DNA of 64,000 bases from contig CAVNZM010000014.1 of the NCBI GenBank assembly GCA_963693365.1, positions 124,001 to 188,000 of the forward strand, read 5' to 3'. Shown one piece after another: positions 1 to 24,079 of the stretch. The position numbers and the translations under genes were made by a program. Position 1 is the first letter of the stretch. Each line of letters begins with the position of its first letter. The notes beneath the pieces were generated by a model. The model was not told the DNA's origin, did no database searches, and saw nothing but the letters and a program-made list of their open reading frames with translations. This stretch comes from Amoebidium appalachense (Eukaryota; Protista; Ichthyosporea).

Positions 1-702
1 GTCTAAAAAAAAACGCCTTCGATCAACAAAGAAAATAAAAGCCTCGATTTTGTATAGAGCTGGTTTGTGCTTATTATCAAACCTGAAAATATAAAATAAA
101 CTATAGGGTATTATAGTAAAATATTGCCTGTCGGTTGGTTCGGGAAAAACAAAAGACTTGCAAGTTCTAAATTTTTGGCCCAAGAACAAACGTCTCAGGG
201 CATCATCGACCCCCCCACCATAAATTTCACTGACAATAGTCATCAACCCATATTTGGGCATTGGTTTCCAAACATTCCATGATTACAATAAACGACATAT
301 GGACTCGACAGCCCGCGTGCACATTCCCTTGAGATTGCAATACTATGCATGCATTTGTATTCGTTCACTGAGTTGCGTGTGGTAACTGCAAAAGTGCAAA
401 GTGCAAAATTGTTTTACCTTTCTGAAGTCACTTTTTTTTTCCGAAGCCACAACACAGTAAGGCTGCTAGTTTACAGACGACCCGTCAAGGCCTACCTGTA
501 TTGATACGAGGGATCATAAGTTGGTAACCTTGATCACGTGCGTCGAAAGCGTGCTTCCTTTTTACCAGCCACGGTCAGGTCAGCACGGCACTGCCTTACG
601 TATACCCCTGCGACCTGCCAAATACACGCGCAGAGCACTATCTTCGTCCCTTGGCAATACGACCACGCTTGGTGATCTCTAACAGGCAGTTCCGTACCCT
701 CC

Positions 703-742
<40 letters not shown>

Positions 743-834
743 ACCAAACCAAACCCACTTAACCCCCGCACCCCACCTCAGACCTCATTCCCAAACGTAA
801 GCAGTGCGTCAGGAAATTCTTCTACCTCAAGATC

Positions 835-1371
835 CCCCCCCCTCCCCCCCCCCCCCCCCTCTCCCCCCCCCCCCCTCCTCCCCCCCCCCCCCTCCCTCCC
901 CCCCCCCCCCCCAATCTTTCACCTCCCCTCCCCCCCTACCCCCAAACTGACTCTCCAGAAGCCCTTCCCAATCTCCCCCCTATTTCTCCAGTTCCTCTTA
1001 TTTCTCTCCTTCTCCCTCCCTTCCCTCCCTCCCTCTTCCCCCCCTCCCCCCCTCCCCCCCCCCCCGCCGCCCTTCCTTCCCTCCTTGTTTGCCCTCCCCC
1101 CCTCTCCCCTTCCCTGCCTCCATTCTTCACCTTCTCTCTCTTTCCCGAGGCTCGCTCCCTCTCTTCCGCTTCTTCCCCCCTTCCCCCCCCCCCCCTCTCC
1201 CCCCCCCCCCCCCCCCCCCCTCCCCCCTCCCCTCCCTCGAGCTCCCTCTCTCTTCCTCTCTCTCTCTCGGCTCTCTCTCTCGCTCTCTCTCTCCTCTCCC
1301 CTGCCCCCTCTCTCCTCTCTCTCTCTCGGCTCTCTCTCTCGCTCTATCTCCCTCTTCCCCGCCCCCTCTCG

Positions 1372-1411
<40 letters not shown>

Positions 1412-1428
1412 CCCCCCCCCCCCCCCCC

Positions 1429-1463
<35 letters not shown>

Positions 1464-1600
1464 GTCTCTCTCCCTCTCTCTCTCTTTCCAGCTCCCTCTA
1501 TCTTTCTCTCTTACTCTCCCCCCCCCCCCCCCCCCCCCCCCCTCCACCCCCCACCCCTCCTGCTTCCCCCTCCCCCCCCCCCCCCCCCCCCCCCCAACCT
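835..1600 (+). repeat. Long polypyrimidine tract (poly-C and (CT)n)
   Basis: About 750 nt that is almost entirely C/T. Confidence 0.9.
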
Positions 1601-2328
1601 GTCTTTCACGTAACCCTCACTCTCTCGCACCCTCTTGTCTCTCTCTCTTTTCCCCTCCGGCCCCCCTGCTTAACCCCAGCCCTCCCCCCCCCCCCTCCCT
1701 ACCATTCCCACATCTCGTTCCACCCTGTTCCTCAACCTTTCCAATACTCCCCCCCCCCCCCACCCTTTCTCCCGCCCCAGCCACCACCACCACCCCAACC
1801 CCACTCCCCCCCCCCCCCCCCCTCCCCCCACAGTTCAACTTCCCTTTTCCGTCGCCTCTTCCCCATTTTTTTTTGTTTCCTACTCGCTTTTTTTCTCCCT
1901 TTCTCGCTTTCGCCCTTTCCAGTCCCACCAGCTTTTTTGCAGCCCAAGTCTTTGCATACCATACCACATGCCTTTGTTTGTTTTTGTGCCATTTATCTAT
2001 ATATTGTTCATTATTTATTTATTTATTTACTAATTCGTAGGGGGTTATTTATTTATTGATTGATCTAAATATTATTAATCAATTTATTCATTTATTCATG
2101 CTTCCACGTTGGTGCCGGCGTTACCCACAGACTCAAATAGAGCCGTGAGGGTGGTGGGTGGAAACTGGTGTAGGAGGAAGGAAGGAGAAGAGGGATAAGA
2201 GGAAAGAAGAAGGGGTGTGGGTGGGAGTGAAGGGGGGGGGGGGGGGGGGGGGGGGGGAGCTACTCTGAAGGAGACAGAAAGAGTTGGCGTGGTGCTGCTT
2301 TGCCAGTGTGTGGAAGCCGTATGCTTGC

Positions 2329-2363
<35 letters not shown>

Positions 2364-2449
2364 CCCTCCCCGCCTTCGAACCTGTTCGCTGCCCACCCCG
2401 CTTCCTGCCAATCCCGTCTTCTTTACAAGTCCCCCCCCCATGCTTCTCA

Positions 2450-2484
2450 TCGTGTATGCGTACTTCGTACCGTGTTCCGCATTC

Positions 2485-2486
<2 letters not shown>
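2450..2486 (+). mobile_element. 3'-terminal fragment of the same repeat (subfamily 1)
   Basis: TCGTGTATGCGTACTTCGTACCGTGTTCCGCATTCAA is an exact match to the last 37 nt of 58535-58810 and is followed by a long C-run. Confidence 0.85.
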
Positions 2487-2548
<62 letters not shown>

Positions 2549-2844
2549 ACACACACACAAAGAAAAAAAAAAAAGAAAGAAAAAAGGAAACAAAAAAGGG
2601 CAGAAAAAAGGGGGAAAAAGAGAGAGACGGTAAGAGAGAAAGAAAAAAGGGTGCTCGAATAAGGAGGGCGTTGGCGAAACATCTAATGTTCGATAAAGAG
2701 AAATTCTATGGCACGCAGATGGTTGGTATGCCCTGGGAGGAGGAGGGGGCCAGGGTGGGGGTGGGACGGTTTTTGGGGGGGGGGGGGGGGGGGGGGCTAT
2801 TTTGGTCAGCAACCAACATGCACACCCGTGCAGGCAACACGGCC

Positions 2845-13378
<10,534 letters not shown>

Positions 13379-14670
13379 GATCCACGCCAACAAACTGTAG
13401 GCTTCCTACACATTATTTATGCACCCCGTCGACGGTGATTGTTATTATTTAGCTTATGGAATTGAATGTGTGTTGCCTGTTTTCCTCTTATGAATGCCAT
13501 TTTTTTTCTGCCACATAGAACTGTGGGTCCGTGGGTGATTGTAAAAACACATGCTGGTCGTGTGGGTGCAAAATAAATAAACAGTGGTTCGGACCCACCA
13601 AAGGGCAGTATTGGGAGCGAGGCGGCGCCACAAGGCGGTTTATTTGCGGATGGCCCCTGGCCACGTGCACATGTAGAACACCCACAGCACATGCACTCGG
13701 CCCCCTGTGTGTGTGTGTGTTGTTTTCCAAGAGCCATGAAATAGCATGACATGTGAATGTGCATCCATGCAAGTGCACGTGTGTGTTATGCACATCCGCG
13801 TGATGTATTGCAGCGAAGCTGTGTTGCAGTGTGCACATGCAAGTGTTGTTTTGCATGTAGACCGTGCAAGGTGTGGGGAGGAATAGAGGAAAAAGGACCG
13901 GTCAGTAAAGACCAGACAGGGCCAAACCTTATCCATCCAAAAACAAACCTCTGGGTAAGCTCAGTAGCTTTTTATAATCAAGATTCAGACAATGTAGGTA
14001 AATGGTTTGAACATCACGGCCACCCAGGGGCTTGAAGAATGAATGCAACGGCCTATATACACAAACGTGCAGGTTGGACAGCGTAGGTGTTTGCACGTGG
14101 TGCATACAGGGTATAGACAGGCACACGTGTGTTCATTCATGCCCACCCAGTCACAGCCAGTGGCAATCATCACGATATCCCCCCCCCCCCCCACACACAC
14201 ACACAAAAACATAAGAAACACACACACATGGACATGCATAGTTCCACGTACACACATTCAAGCACGCAGACATGCACAGCCCTCTCTTCCCTCCCCAAAA
14301 TGCACATATAGAGTGACAGACATGAACCATCGCCACTACACACATGTAATACCATCTACCCACCAACAAGCCAACAGACATCCATACTACAATGCATGCA
14401 GCAAAACATGCAATACTTCCCTAAACCCATCTGTAAGCGAGGACAACACAAAACATACGTGTAAGCAAGACACACTACAACCCCCTCTACCCACCTACAA
14501 GCATCCACACATACACATATCATATCATAACCCCTCCACCCACGTATCAGGAAGCAGAGATACACCATACTTACCAGCAAGCACACATGCACTAATAAAC
14601 AAATTTTACCCCCCCCCCCACCACCCATTAGCGAGCACACACATACCTATAAGCGAGCAGACATGCCCGT

Positions 14671-15840
14671 TTACTTCTTCTTGGCAACACCCACGGTGCG
14701 GCCACGGCGACCAGTGGTCTTTGTGTGCTGACCGCGCACACGCACACCCCACAGGTGGCGCAGACCGCGGTGGTTGCGGATCTTGCGCAGGCGCTCGAGA
14801 TCCTCACGCAGCTTGTTGTCAAGTGCGTTGGCCACCACCTGAAATCACCCACACAGGTCAGAAACCGCATGCTGCAGTTGATCCCAAAGAAGAGCATAAA
14901 CTTAGGATCCCCACTTCCCTCCTCCCGCCACACATGCCCCCTTTTCCCAGACGCACATCTACACACCTAAACCCAAAGGCAAAATCCAGACCACCTCCAC
15001 CTACAAAGTGTTTACCAGGTCAGTCCATCACACCATTGCCTACAACCCACCCCTGCACTCACACCCAGCCCCGTCCGACACATCCCAGCAGAGTGCACGT
15101 GCTTTACCTGGCCGTACTTGCCGTCCTTGATGTCCTTCTGCCTGTTGAGGAACCAGTCGGGGATCTTGTACTGGCGGGGGTTCTGCATGATGGTCACCAC
15201 GCGCTCGACCTCGGCCTCGGTGAGCTCACCGGCGCGCTTGGTCAGATCCACATCGGCCTTCTTGCAGATCAGAGTGGCATAGCGGCGACCCACACCCTTG
15301 ATGGCCGTCAGGGCAAACACGATCTTTGTGCGTCCGTCAACGTTGGTGTTGAGCAGACGCAAGATGTGCTGGAAGTGGCCCGACACGACGAGAGACTGCC
15401 CCCACCCACCACCGTCAGCCCACCACACTTGACAAAACACACACCCCCTCCCCGCCAAAATAAAACAACAGGAACAAGTCGGCGCGCAACTAGTAGAAGT
15501 AGTGCATGGCAAAAGAACCGTCCCTCCTTGGCGTCCCCGTGCCTGAAGCCTTTGTTTAGCTGTATACACCCAACTTAACACCTATGACGACTATTTGGCC
15601 TTCTTACACGAATTTGCCTTATGTTTGCTGAACTTCGTGATTACTGGAAGACCCTCCCAGCTAGTGAACGTGTGTGTGCAGCTTGAGAAAACAACGGCGA
15701 TGTATAGTTTGTCCACCAGTGTTGACTAAAACTCCCAGCTGGTAGGTAGCGATCGCTCAAAATCTTAGCACTCCCCAAAAGCCCTGAGGGATGTCGTCTG
15801 TCCGGAAAGATGCTGTCTGTCGAATCTGCCCAACACGAAG

Positions 15841-15885
<45 letters not shown>

Positions 15886-16481
15886 CGTGTATGTGTAGGA
15901 TGTGTGTGCGTGTGTGGGCGCTCTTCGTGGGAATTTGTGGGTGGTTGCCTGTGAAAAACCCTAGCATTCCAACACATCGTCTGAACAATCGGCTCTGCTT
16001 AAGTCCTTTGTGGTTGGGGTTGCAAAAATACTCTAACATTCCAACACGTCAGCCCAACGTTCGGCTCCGACTTTCAGTCCACCGACATGTCCTTTCGAAA
16101 TTCACATGTGCCTAGTGAAACCCGAACAACACCACATTCCCTCCACTATCTTATCTCCAATTATACTCAACACCTTTCAAACCATCGACCATTGGTTCGG
16201 TTCCCGCCCCAATAATCCAACACACGGCGGATGCAAAGATTCCTCTCCCGATCCTGTTCGATGCAGCCGGATGCACCTTCCTGCATTCCCTCCAGTCCAG
16301 TGATCATTTTCCCTCCTTTGTACGGTGAATCGCTATCCAGCTAAGTCCTATCCGCTCTGCGTGTTTTTAACATCCGTTTTTCTGGTCCTCCAGCCTCGGC
16401 CTCTGCGCTGCCCTCCCTGCCTGACTCTCTAGCATACGGATTCACTACGATATCTTTCGGATGAAAACGGACACTAACCAT
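14671..16481 (-). CDS. RPS18: 40S ribosomal protein S18 (uS13)
   Basis: Exons 16479-16481 (ATG followed by GTTAGT), 15108-15395 ([21 protein letters not shown]...KDGKYGQ) and 14671-14838 ([28 protein letters not shown]...[10 protein letters not shown]). Confidence 0.97.
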
Positions 16482-16680
16482 TTTCGCGTTTCGGCCTGTC
16501 GGCGTGAAAGAGAAACACACAGAGAAAGGGCGCAGTTGATGAACGGCGCGGACAGATCGGCTGCCGCACGTGACGTATGCGGTTTATCTCTGGAACGCAA
16601 TTTGCGCAAACCATTAGATTCAACCAACCAAATGATTTCAGAAAAGCACCATGGTGCGTATCTAACCAATCAGTAATGAC
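16482..16680 (-). promoter_or_regulatory. RPS18 5' region with pyrimidine (5'TOP-like) tract
   Basis: The minus strand reads CCCTTTCTCTGTGTGTTTCTCTTTC about 25-50 nt upstream of the ATG. A CACGTG and a CCAAT motif lie further upstream. The TSS cannot be determined from sequence alone. Confidence 0.5.
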
Positions 16681-17700
16681 CTCAAGGAATGAATAGCACG
16701 CACCGTCATCTGTCCTAAATTTTTCAGTCTTCGTCAGTCTGTCTTCGTCCCACTTCAAGGCGTACAAAAATAGCCTGTTTGTTCTTTTCGTTGTCCCTTT
16801 GTATAGTAGGTGATGAGGATAGGAAGATACAAGCACCTAATCACCACGCATATATATTTATTGATAGAGACTCTGAGACAGGCAAATGCAGACACGGAGT
16901 GACTTAGGAAGAAAGACGGGCATCCCCATGTGCCCCCCCCGTTATGATCATCTCCGAGGCTCCATCTTCATGCTTGTAAGCTGGGGTGCGTGTGATGGTC
17001 CACGTAAGTTCGACGTGCTGCGTGTCTTACATGTGAAAGGCCAAGGTTTTACAGCAGTAACCTGCTGAACAGCCGAACGCACATCTTACCAACGGTTTCA
17101 TTCTTCTATTTTTCTCTCTTTACTAGCGCTAAAGAGACGTGTATGCCGGGCTATGGCTATTGCTCATGAGCCAATGAGATACCTCTCCCGGAACAGCATA
17201 CGCAAACGGTGGTAGCCACAAACGTGCGCGCAAACGCACACAAACACAACATACACGCATGCATACACACGCGCATTAACACTAGAGATCCACACGCACA
17301 CGCACACAAGTGCAATTGACGCACGCACGTGCACGCAGCACCGTGCCCATGGACACCGTGACACCTCTCACATTTACACACACGCCTGCATAACGTCATC
17401 CGTAAGTTCCTCCTCCGCAAACGCACACACACACACAGACAACCGTTCGCACACACGTGCCCACACAGAGAGGGGCCCTCGCATGCACGCACGTGTGTAC
17501 ACAGACATCGTAACGCATGAACCTGCACCGCTGAGGCACGACACGTACCACATGAAAGCATCACTCTTGTGGACAGAGAGCACACACGCACGCCCACACA
17601 GAAACACGGCTTTGGACACACATAAACAATGGCACCATGGCACGGACAGCCGTTGTTGAGAAACTTTTCTCTTACGTCTCGTGCCTCCTGCCCTTCTCCC

Positions 17701-17750
<50 letters not shown>

Positions 17751-18793
17751 ACCGCCCCCAGGGTCCCACCCCACTGACCCCACCCAACTAGCCCTCTAAG
17801 ACCTCAACAGTCATGTCATTCTATTCATGCATGCCAACAAAAGCACTTCCCATTTTTTCCCCCATATTCTCTAAAGCCTCTGAGCTACTCCATCAAAGTT
17901 GCTGCCCGGACTTCAAATTCAAGTACTCTCTCCAATTTGAGTACTCGCCTGTCTTTTGCCTGCTCTCTCTTTTATCTCGCTGCTGCCGCAAAAGGTCACT
18001 GTTTTTTTTTTTTGTCTGAGTGGCCTTGACATTCCCTTCTGGTACTGCCGGAACACACCCTCAAGCCCCCGTTAGCTGCCCCTCACTCAATAAGAAGCGC
18101 AGCCTGTATTGTTGTAGAAGATGCATGCTGGGCGCATCAAACCGTGTGCGCCGTGATGTGTATGTGTGGTACTGTGTGTGATGGGGACGAGGGGGGGGGC
18201 CGGGGAGGGGGGGGGGGGGGGGGGGGAGAAAGAAGGGGGGGGGGGGAGGGGGGGGGAGGGGGGTACGTGTTATAAAGTTTTTGTGTGCGTGCACGCCTGT
18301 ACATGTGTGTCTGGAGGACGGAAGGGCCGGGGAGGGGGTCTGTTGGTATGGGTGTGTGTGTGTGTGCGTGCACGTGACTCACGGTGTGTGTGTGCGTGGG
18401 TGGGGGGGGGGGACATTAGTATGTGTGTGTGTGTGATTGTTATGTATGGTGTGTGTGTGCCTGTGTGTGTGTGCACGCGCGAGGGCAAATATGTGGGTGG
18501 GTGGGTGGGTGGGCGCACGTAGGTCGTATACGGTACGGTGTGTGTGTTTGCATGTGCAAGCACGTCACGGTGCCACATGGTGTGTGTGTGGGGCGGTGAG
18601 CGGGAGGGGGAGGTGGAATGTGTGTTTGTTTGTGTGTCTGTTGTGTACGGTGTGTGTGTGCGCGCGCGTGTGTGCGCGAGCATGTATTTGTGGATATCGA
18701 TAGGTGTATGTGTGTGTTCGTATGTGCACGTGAATGTCTGTTTTTCTGGTGTGTACGTACATACGGTGTGTGCGGGGTAACGCACGCACACGC

Positions 18794-18828
<35 letters not shown>

Positions 18829-18838
18829 GTGTGTGTGC

Positions 18839-18874
<36 letters not shown>

Positions 18875-18929
18875 GTGCCGGTGTGTGTGTATGTGTGTGT
18901 GTGCGCGCGCGTCCTTCTCTGTGTGGGTA

Positions 18930-19022
<93 letters not shown>

Positions 19023-19800
19023 CTGTGTGTGTGTTTGCAATGCCATGTTGATGTTTGTGTGTTTGTGTGGGTATGTCTTGCCGTGCGGTGTCAAGCGTCA
19101 TTGTGTCTGCGGTTTTGTATGTGTGCTTGTGGCACCAGTTTCGCTGGCTGTCACATGTAAAAGTGTGGTGCCACGTTTGGCATGCAGGCATGTGTGTCTT
19201 TGTTCTTGCATGGGTGCGGTGCATATGTGCGAATGTGATTGTGTGGGTGTTGTCCATGTGCGCAATCTTGCTTTTTGTGGGTGTTGGGAATGTGTGGGTC
19301 ACGACACCGGGTATGCATTAGTTACTGTAGGTGTCGTGCATGTGCAAGCGTAATGGCGCAGTTGGCCAGCCCTCAGGCCACATGGTGAGCATCAGGCGTG
19401 CTTGGACCCAAGTTAAGACCTAATCGGTGATGGACTATGCAAGCGTCAGGCTGATGGTTTACGGCAAGAGGGGCATTCTGCAGTGTCTCGGGGAGCCTTG
19501 GGGTGTGCAGTCCATAGATATTGGTTGGCACCGTGTTGGGTGGGTGTTCCGGACTGTCCAAATATAGCTTTTGGTAAATCTATGCCCTCTTCTCTAAAGC
19601 TGGCTGTTGGTAAATCTTTCCCTTTTAGACCACCACTACTACCGCCATGCGCACACCGCCATGCGCACACAAACACATGTATATGCGTATACACACACAG
19701 ATACATACACCGTAGTAACCATAGACACACCCGAACTGTTTAGCTATGGACGCGGTGTAGAAGCAGGCTGCTCACAAACACGCGCACACCCTTGCATTAA

Positions 19801-19860
19801 CCAATAGTGATCCAGACCAGCGAACCAATAGGAATTGCATTATTGTGTTAGCCAATAGGA
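19801..19860 (+). promoter_or_regulatory. Triple CCAAT-box cluster
   Basis: CCAATAG at 19801, 19825 and 19852, same orientation, spaced 24 and 27 bp. Confidence 0.5.
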
Positions 19861-20816
19861 TTCATCCCCGTCCCACCGGGAATCATCTTCTTGCAAACTC
19901 GCTCAAGTTTAAGTGCAGTCGAGGTTGCTCGGCTGCGCCACGAGACACCGTGACGAGTAGATTAACAGGTTCGGTTGTAGGTTGTGCTACTAAAGTATGA
20001 GCTACCTTACTCCACTGTGCCCCTCTGCGAGTTCCGAAAGTTTCAGTTTGGGTGGGTGGGAGGGGGGGGGGGGGGGGGGGGGGGGGGGTCCGAGCTAAGC
20101 TCTAAGTCGAATGATGTCCGAAAAGGTTGCCAGACAAGCTGTTCCACCTTCAACCCCTCTTTCCCCCCCCCCCCTCCCTTCCCCCCCCCCCCCCCCCCCC
20201 CCCCCCTCCCTCACCTCCCACCTCCCCCCCCCCCCCCCCCCCCCCCCCCCGGCCCCCCCCTTCCACACCCACACCCCCTCAGAGCACTTGCCAATCCGCA
20301 TGATAGTTTTCCCGGGTGTTCTATCCACATAAACCGTGCAAGTATTATATCTTGGGTAATCCGAGCCTCCTGGCTAGTATACGGTCGGCCAACACGCAGT
20401 GCATGGTACAGAAGAATTGGTGCAGGTCAGAACCTTGCGGAATGCATAATATGCGTGCGACAGGTAGCTCTGGCATCGAGAACGACTTTTTCTTATTCTT
20501 TCCTGAGTATCAGTAAGAGTTGTTATACAACATTTCATTAGTAATTTTTTTTAAAATAAGGTGATGCATGCATTATCTAACTTGGTGACACTCCTCCTTA
20601 AGCTTAGTTACCTTGGTGATAACTCCTGCACAGTTCAGGTGTATGTGTGTGTGTGCACGGGTGGTGGGTGACGTACATGTATGCTTGAAAAGCGCAATCA
20701 CGTTGAATAGGTTAGAGTTGATGGTGACCGGTGGTGGCGGTTGTGGTGGTGCGTGCGTGTGTCACGGTGGGGTGGGATGGGTGGGTGGGTGGTCCACAGT
20801 GGACGGGGGCCTTGGG

Positions 20817-20858
<42 letters not shown>

Positions 20859-21144
20859 GGGCATCACACTGCCTCGAGCCGGCCGAGGCCAAGCCTACTA
20901 TAGCTATGCTAATCATGGGAATTCGAAGAGTTGAATGATCTGATATGTGAATGCGTGAGTCCTCATATGACGTGTGTCTTAACGGTGACACATGTGCCGG
21001 CGCCCTTTACTATTATGTGCCACCACATCGACTGAACCCACCCATGGGTCCGTGGATGGCCGGTGAGGGCCGTGGGTAGTGGCAACTGAGTAACTGTACA
21101 TGTCAGTGTCTGTGTGCGCGGGTGAATGCATTCCCCCCCCCCCC

Positions 21145-21183
<39 letters not shown>

Positions 21184-21195
21184 GGTGGGAGAAGG

Positions 21196-21257
<62 letters not shown>

Positions 21258-21977
21258 CTTAGACTTGGCAGGGGGGCCGAAAGGCTTAGCCTAGTAAATG
21301 ATATGGAGGTTTGCTTGTCATCCTAGCCGTCTGAACTCCATGCAACCCAACACCGTGTCAGAAAGCATCGCATGTGAACCGTTATGATATAATATGGGTA
21401 TAATATGGTTATGATATATTATGGGAGCTCGCTGTGCACACATCCATGCACTTGCAAGTACGTCGGTTCGAAAGTCATTCGTGTGCATGATCATGGTCAC
21501 CCTGCAGCCCTGGCCATGTGCACATGGTAGAGCCGAATTGCATGAATAGACAATAAGTGGAAACTGGTGCGTGGAGTGTTGCTCTGTGCACACGTGTATA
21601 CGGGCCTGTTTATTGACTGCACGGGTGTGAATATGCTATGCTCATGCAGACAGGCTTTGATGGAAACATCGAAAAGAATGGAGGGACCGGGGAAGAAAAG
21701 AGAACTGAGTGTGTTTCCAAGTGTTATATCGCAACCTAAATTTGTTGCGCACTGCCGGCCAGGCTACGTGTACAGGTTCCAAAAGAAAAGTAAGTCTTGG
21801 ATTCGCAAAAAAACCAAACTTTCGGAAATCACATCGACTTATGCATGCTTGCAACTATGTGCATATGAACAATTACATCAGAACTTGCACTTATAGTTGC
21901 TACAGAGCGGCAACGGGTTATCAAACTCTTTGTACAAAATTAGGTCCTTACATCTACCCCACTCTTATCAACCCCAT

Positions 21978-23795
21978 CTACCAATAGGAAACGAGACACG
22001 TCACCATAGCAACCACCCACATGGCCACCCCACCACGTGCACCATGTGCTGCCTCACTTGCTTTCTGGCTGCTTCCAGCAGGCACCGCATTCAAATTGTT
22101 GCTCGATTTAGCATCACACGTGGTACCGTTTAGGCTCTGCCCAAAATACGAATTTTCAAGTCGGAGGCCAGGGGGGTCCCTTTTGCTCGGGTTGCGAAGA
22201 AGCGGCATGGCATCGGCACGGGAACGAACCCCCCCGCAGATCGTCAAATTCATGGCAAGTGGAGCAATGGGTGGCTTTACATAGGCATATCCACATGCAG
22301 TCCAATTGATTGCGGGATAGTAGAAGACAACATCCAGACACATTTCCTCGTGACTAGCCATCCCGAAACTCACGTTCTTGTCTGTGGGGTTTGTGTACAC
22401 ACAGTGCGTGTTTAACCTATCACCGGGTTTAACCACTACCGGTTTGTCGAGGTTGATGAAGCGTTGGTAGCCAAAGTCGTAGTAGTCTGCCCTGCCTACG
22501 TCACCAAGGTAGGTGCCGTTGCCATCGTGGTGGGTGGTCCACATCTTGGTGCCCACCTGTGTGTGTGTGTGTGTGTGTGTGTATGTTATGCCAGAACATA
22601 GGGGAAAAGAGGCGGTCAGGGCCAACCCGATTCAGCAGTAGCATGGGATATTCGTAACCGTGTCTATCACAAACAATCGCATTTATTTGATTGTTAAATG
22701 AAGCTTCACCCATCACTGGAGGTGATAGCGCCAACAATAAACTTTTTCCATTTACTGCACGTGTTTTTTCTCTCCATCTCCCTCCCTTTTGCGCATGGTG
22801 CTGGTAGGGGAAGGGGCAAGGGGCAAGGGGCAAGGGGGGCGTGTTTTGAATGCGTAATAAGGTACGAAGTACACGACAACAACGGATAACACGATGCAGA
22901 ATGCAAACCATACATAAAGAGTATGCGTCATAAGCAGAGCCGGGGGGGGGGGGGGGGGGGGGGGGGTTGAATGCGGAACACGGTACGAAGTACGCATACA
23001 CGAAGGACACATGCAAAGGCAAACATTCAAGTATGCAACATAGCCATGCGCGCAGTATGCGTCATAAGCAGAGCCCATCTTCAGGGAGGGCCCAAGTCAT
23101 CAATTGCGTCTGAGTTTCGACCCCTTAGCCCGCGTATATACGACTCTCCAACTCAGACAGCAGCATCAACTGAACTTGGGAGGGTCAACCCGTCTTGATC
23201 AAAGACGAGCAGGGTTGCTTATGCAAGCAAGGTGAGCAAACGATGAATATGTGTGTGCAAACTAATGCAGTGCAGCGAAAAATGCGTATGTGCTTACAGA
23301 TGCACGACACAGAGCAACCATGCCCGGTTGCATGGAAGCAAAGCGGTCGGGGGGGGGGTGGGGGGTGGGTGGGGGGCTGCTTTTCTATGGCCACCTACAA
23401 TACAGTCATTTGCCTTGTGAGAATTTTTGCACCCTGACGCCAACGCACAAGCCGGTGCCTACCATGGGCATAGTTGCCGCACACACAAACACAACACCAC
23501 ACAAAATACACACACAAGATACACGCACACATTCACACACCGTCACACGCACATACAAAAAGGAACACACAATAATCAGCCCGCACCCCCCCCCCCCCAA
23601 AAAAAAAAAAAAAATTAAAAATTAAAAAAATACATCAGCAAACCGACACGTTTACGCACCTGGTGCATGTGTGCAAAGTCAGCAAAGATGGTGAGTGATT
23701 GGTTGAGTTTGGCTGTGCACTGTTCGGGGCAATCGTATTCGTACTCAATGGTCTGCCCGGCAGGGATGTTGGAGTCATCGTAGAAAGAGAAGAGG

Positions 23796-23855
<60 letters not shown>

Positions 23856-24047
23856 TTGGGCCATGGGGACCAAGAAGTGAAATGAATTAGTGGTGGATTC
23901 CCACACACACACAACAATGCACTCCATGCCCCGTACCCTCGAGACACACACAAATTAGAGGGAGAAACAAAGGGGAACAAACCCTAGTGTCCCCCCCCCC
24001 GCCCCCCCTCAAAAAAGAAAAAAAAAAAAAAAACGAAAAATAAATAA

Positions 24048-24079
<32 letters not shown>

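Noticed and set aside
14043-15578. 511-aa plus-strand ORF
   Set aside because: It is the antisense shadow of RPS18 exons plus CA-rich sequence, with no domain signal.
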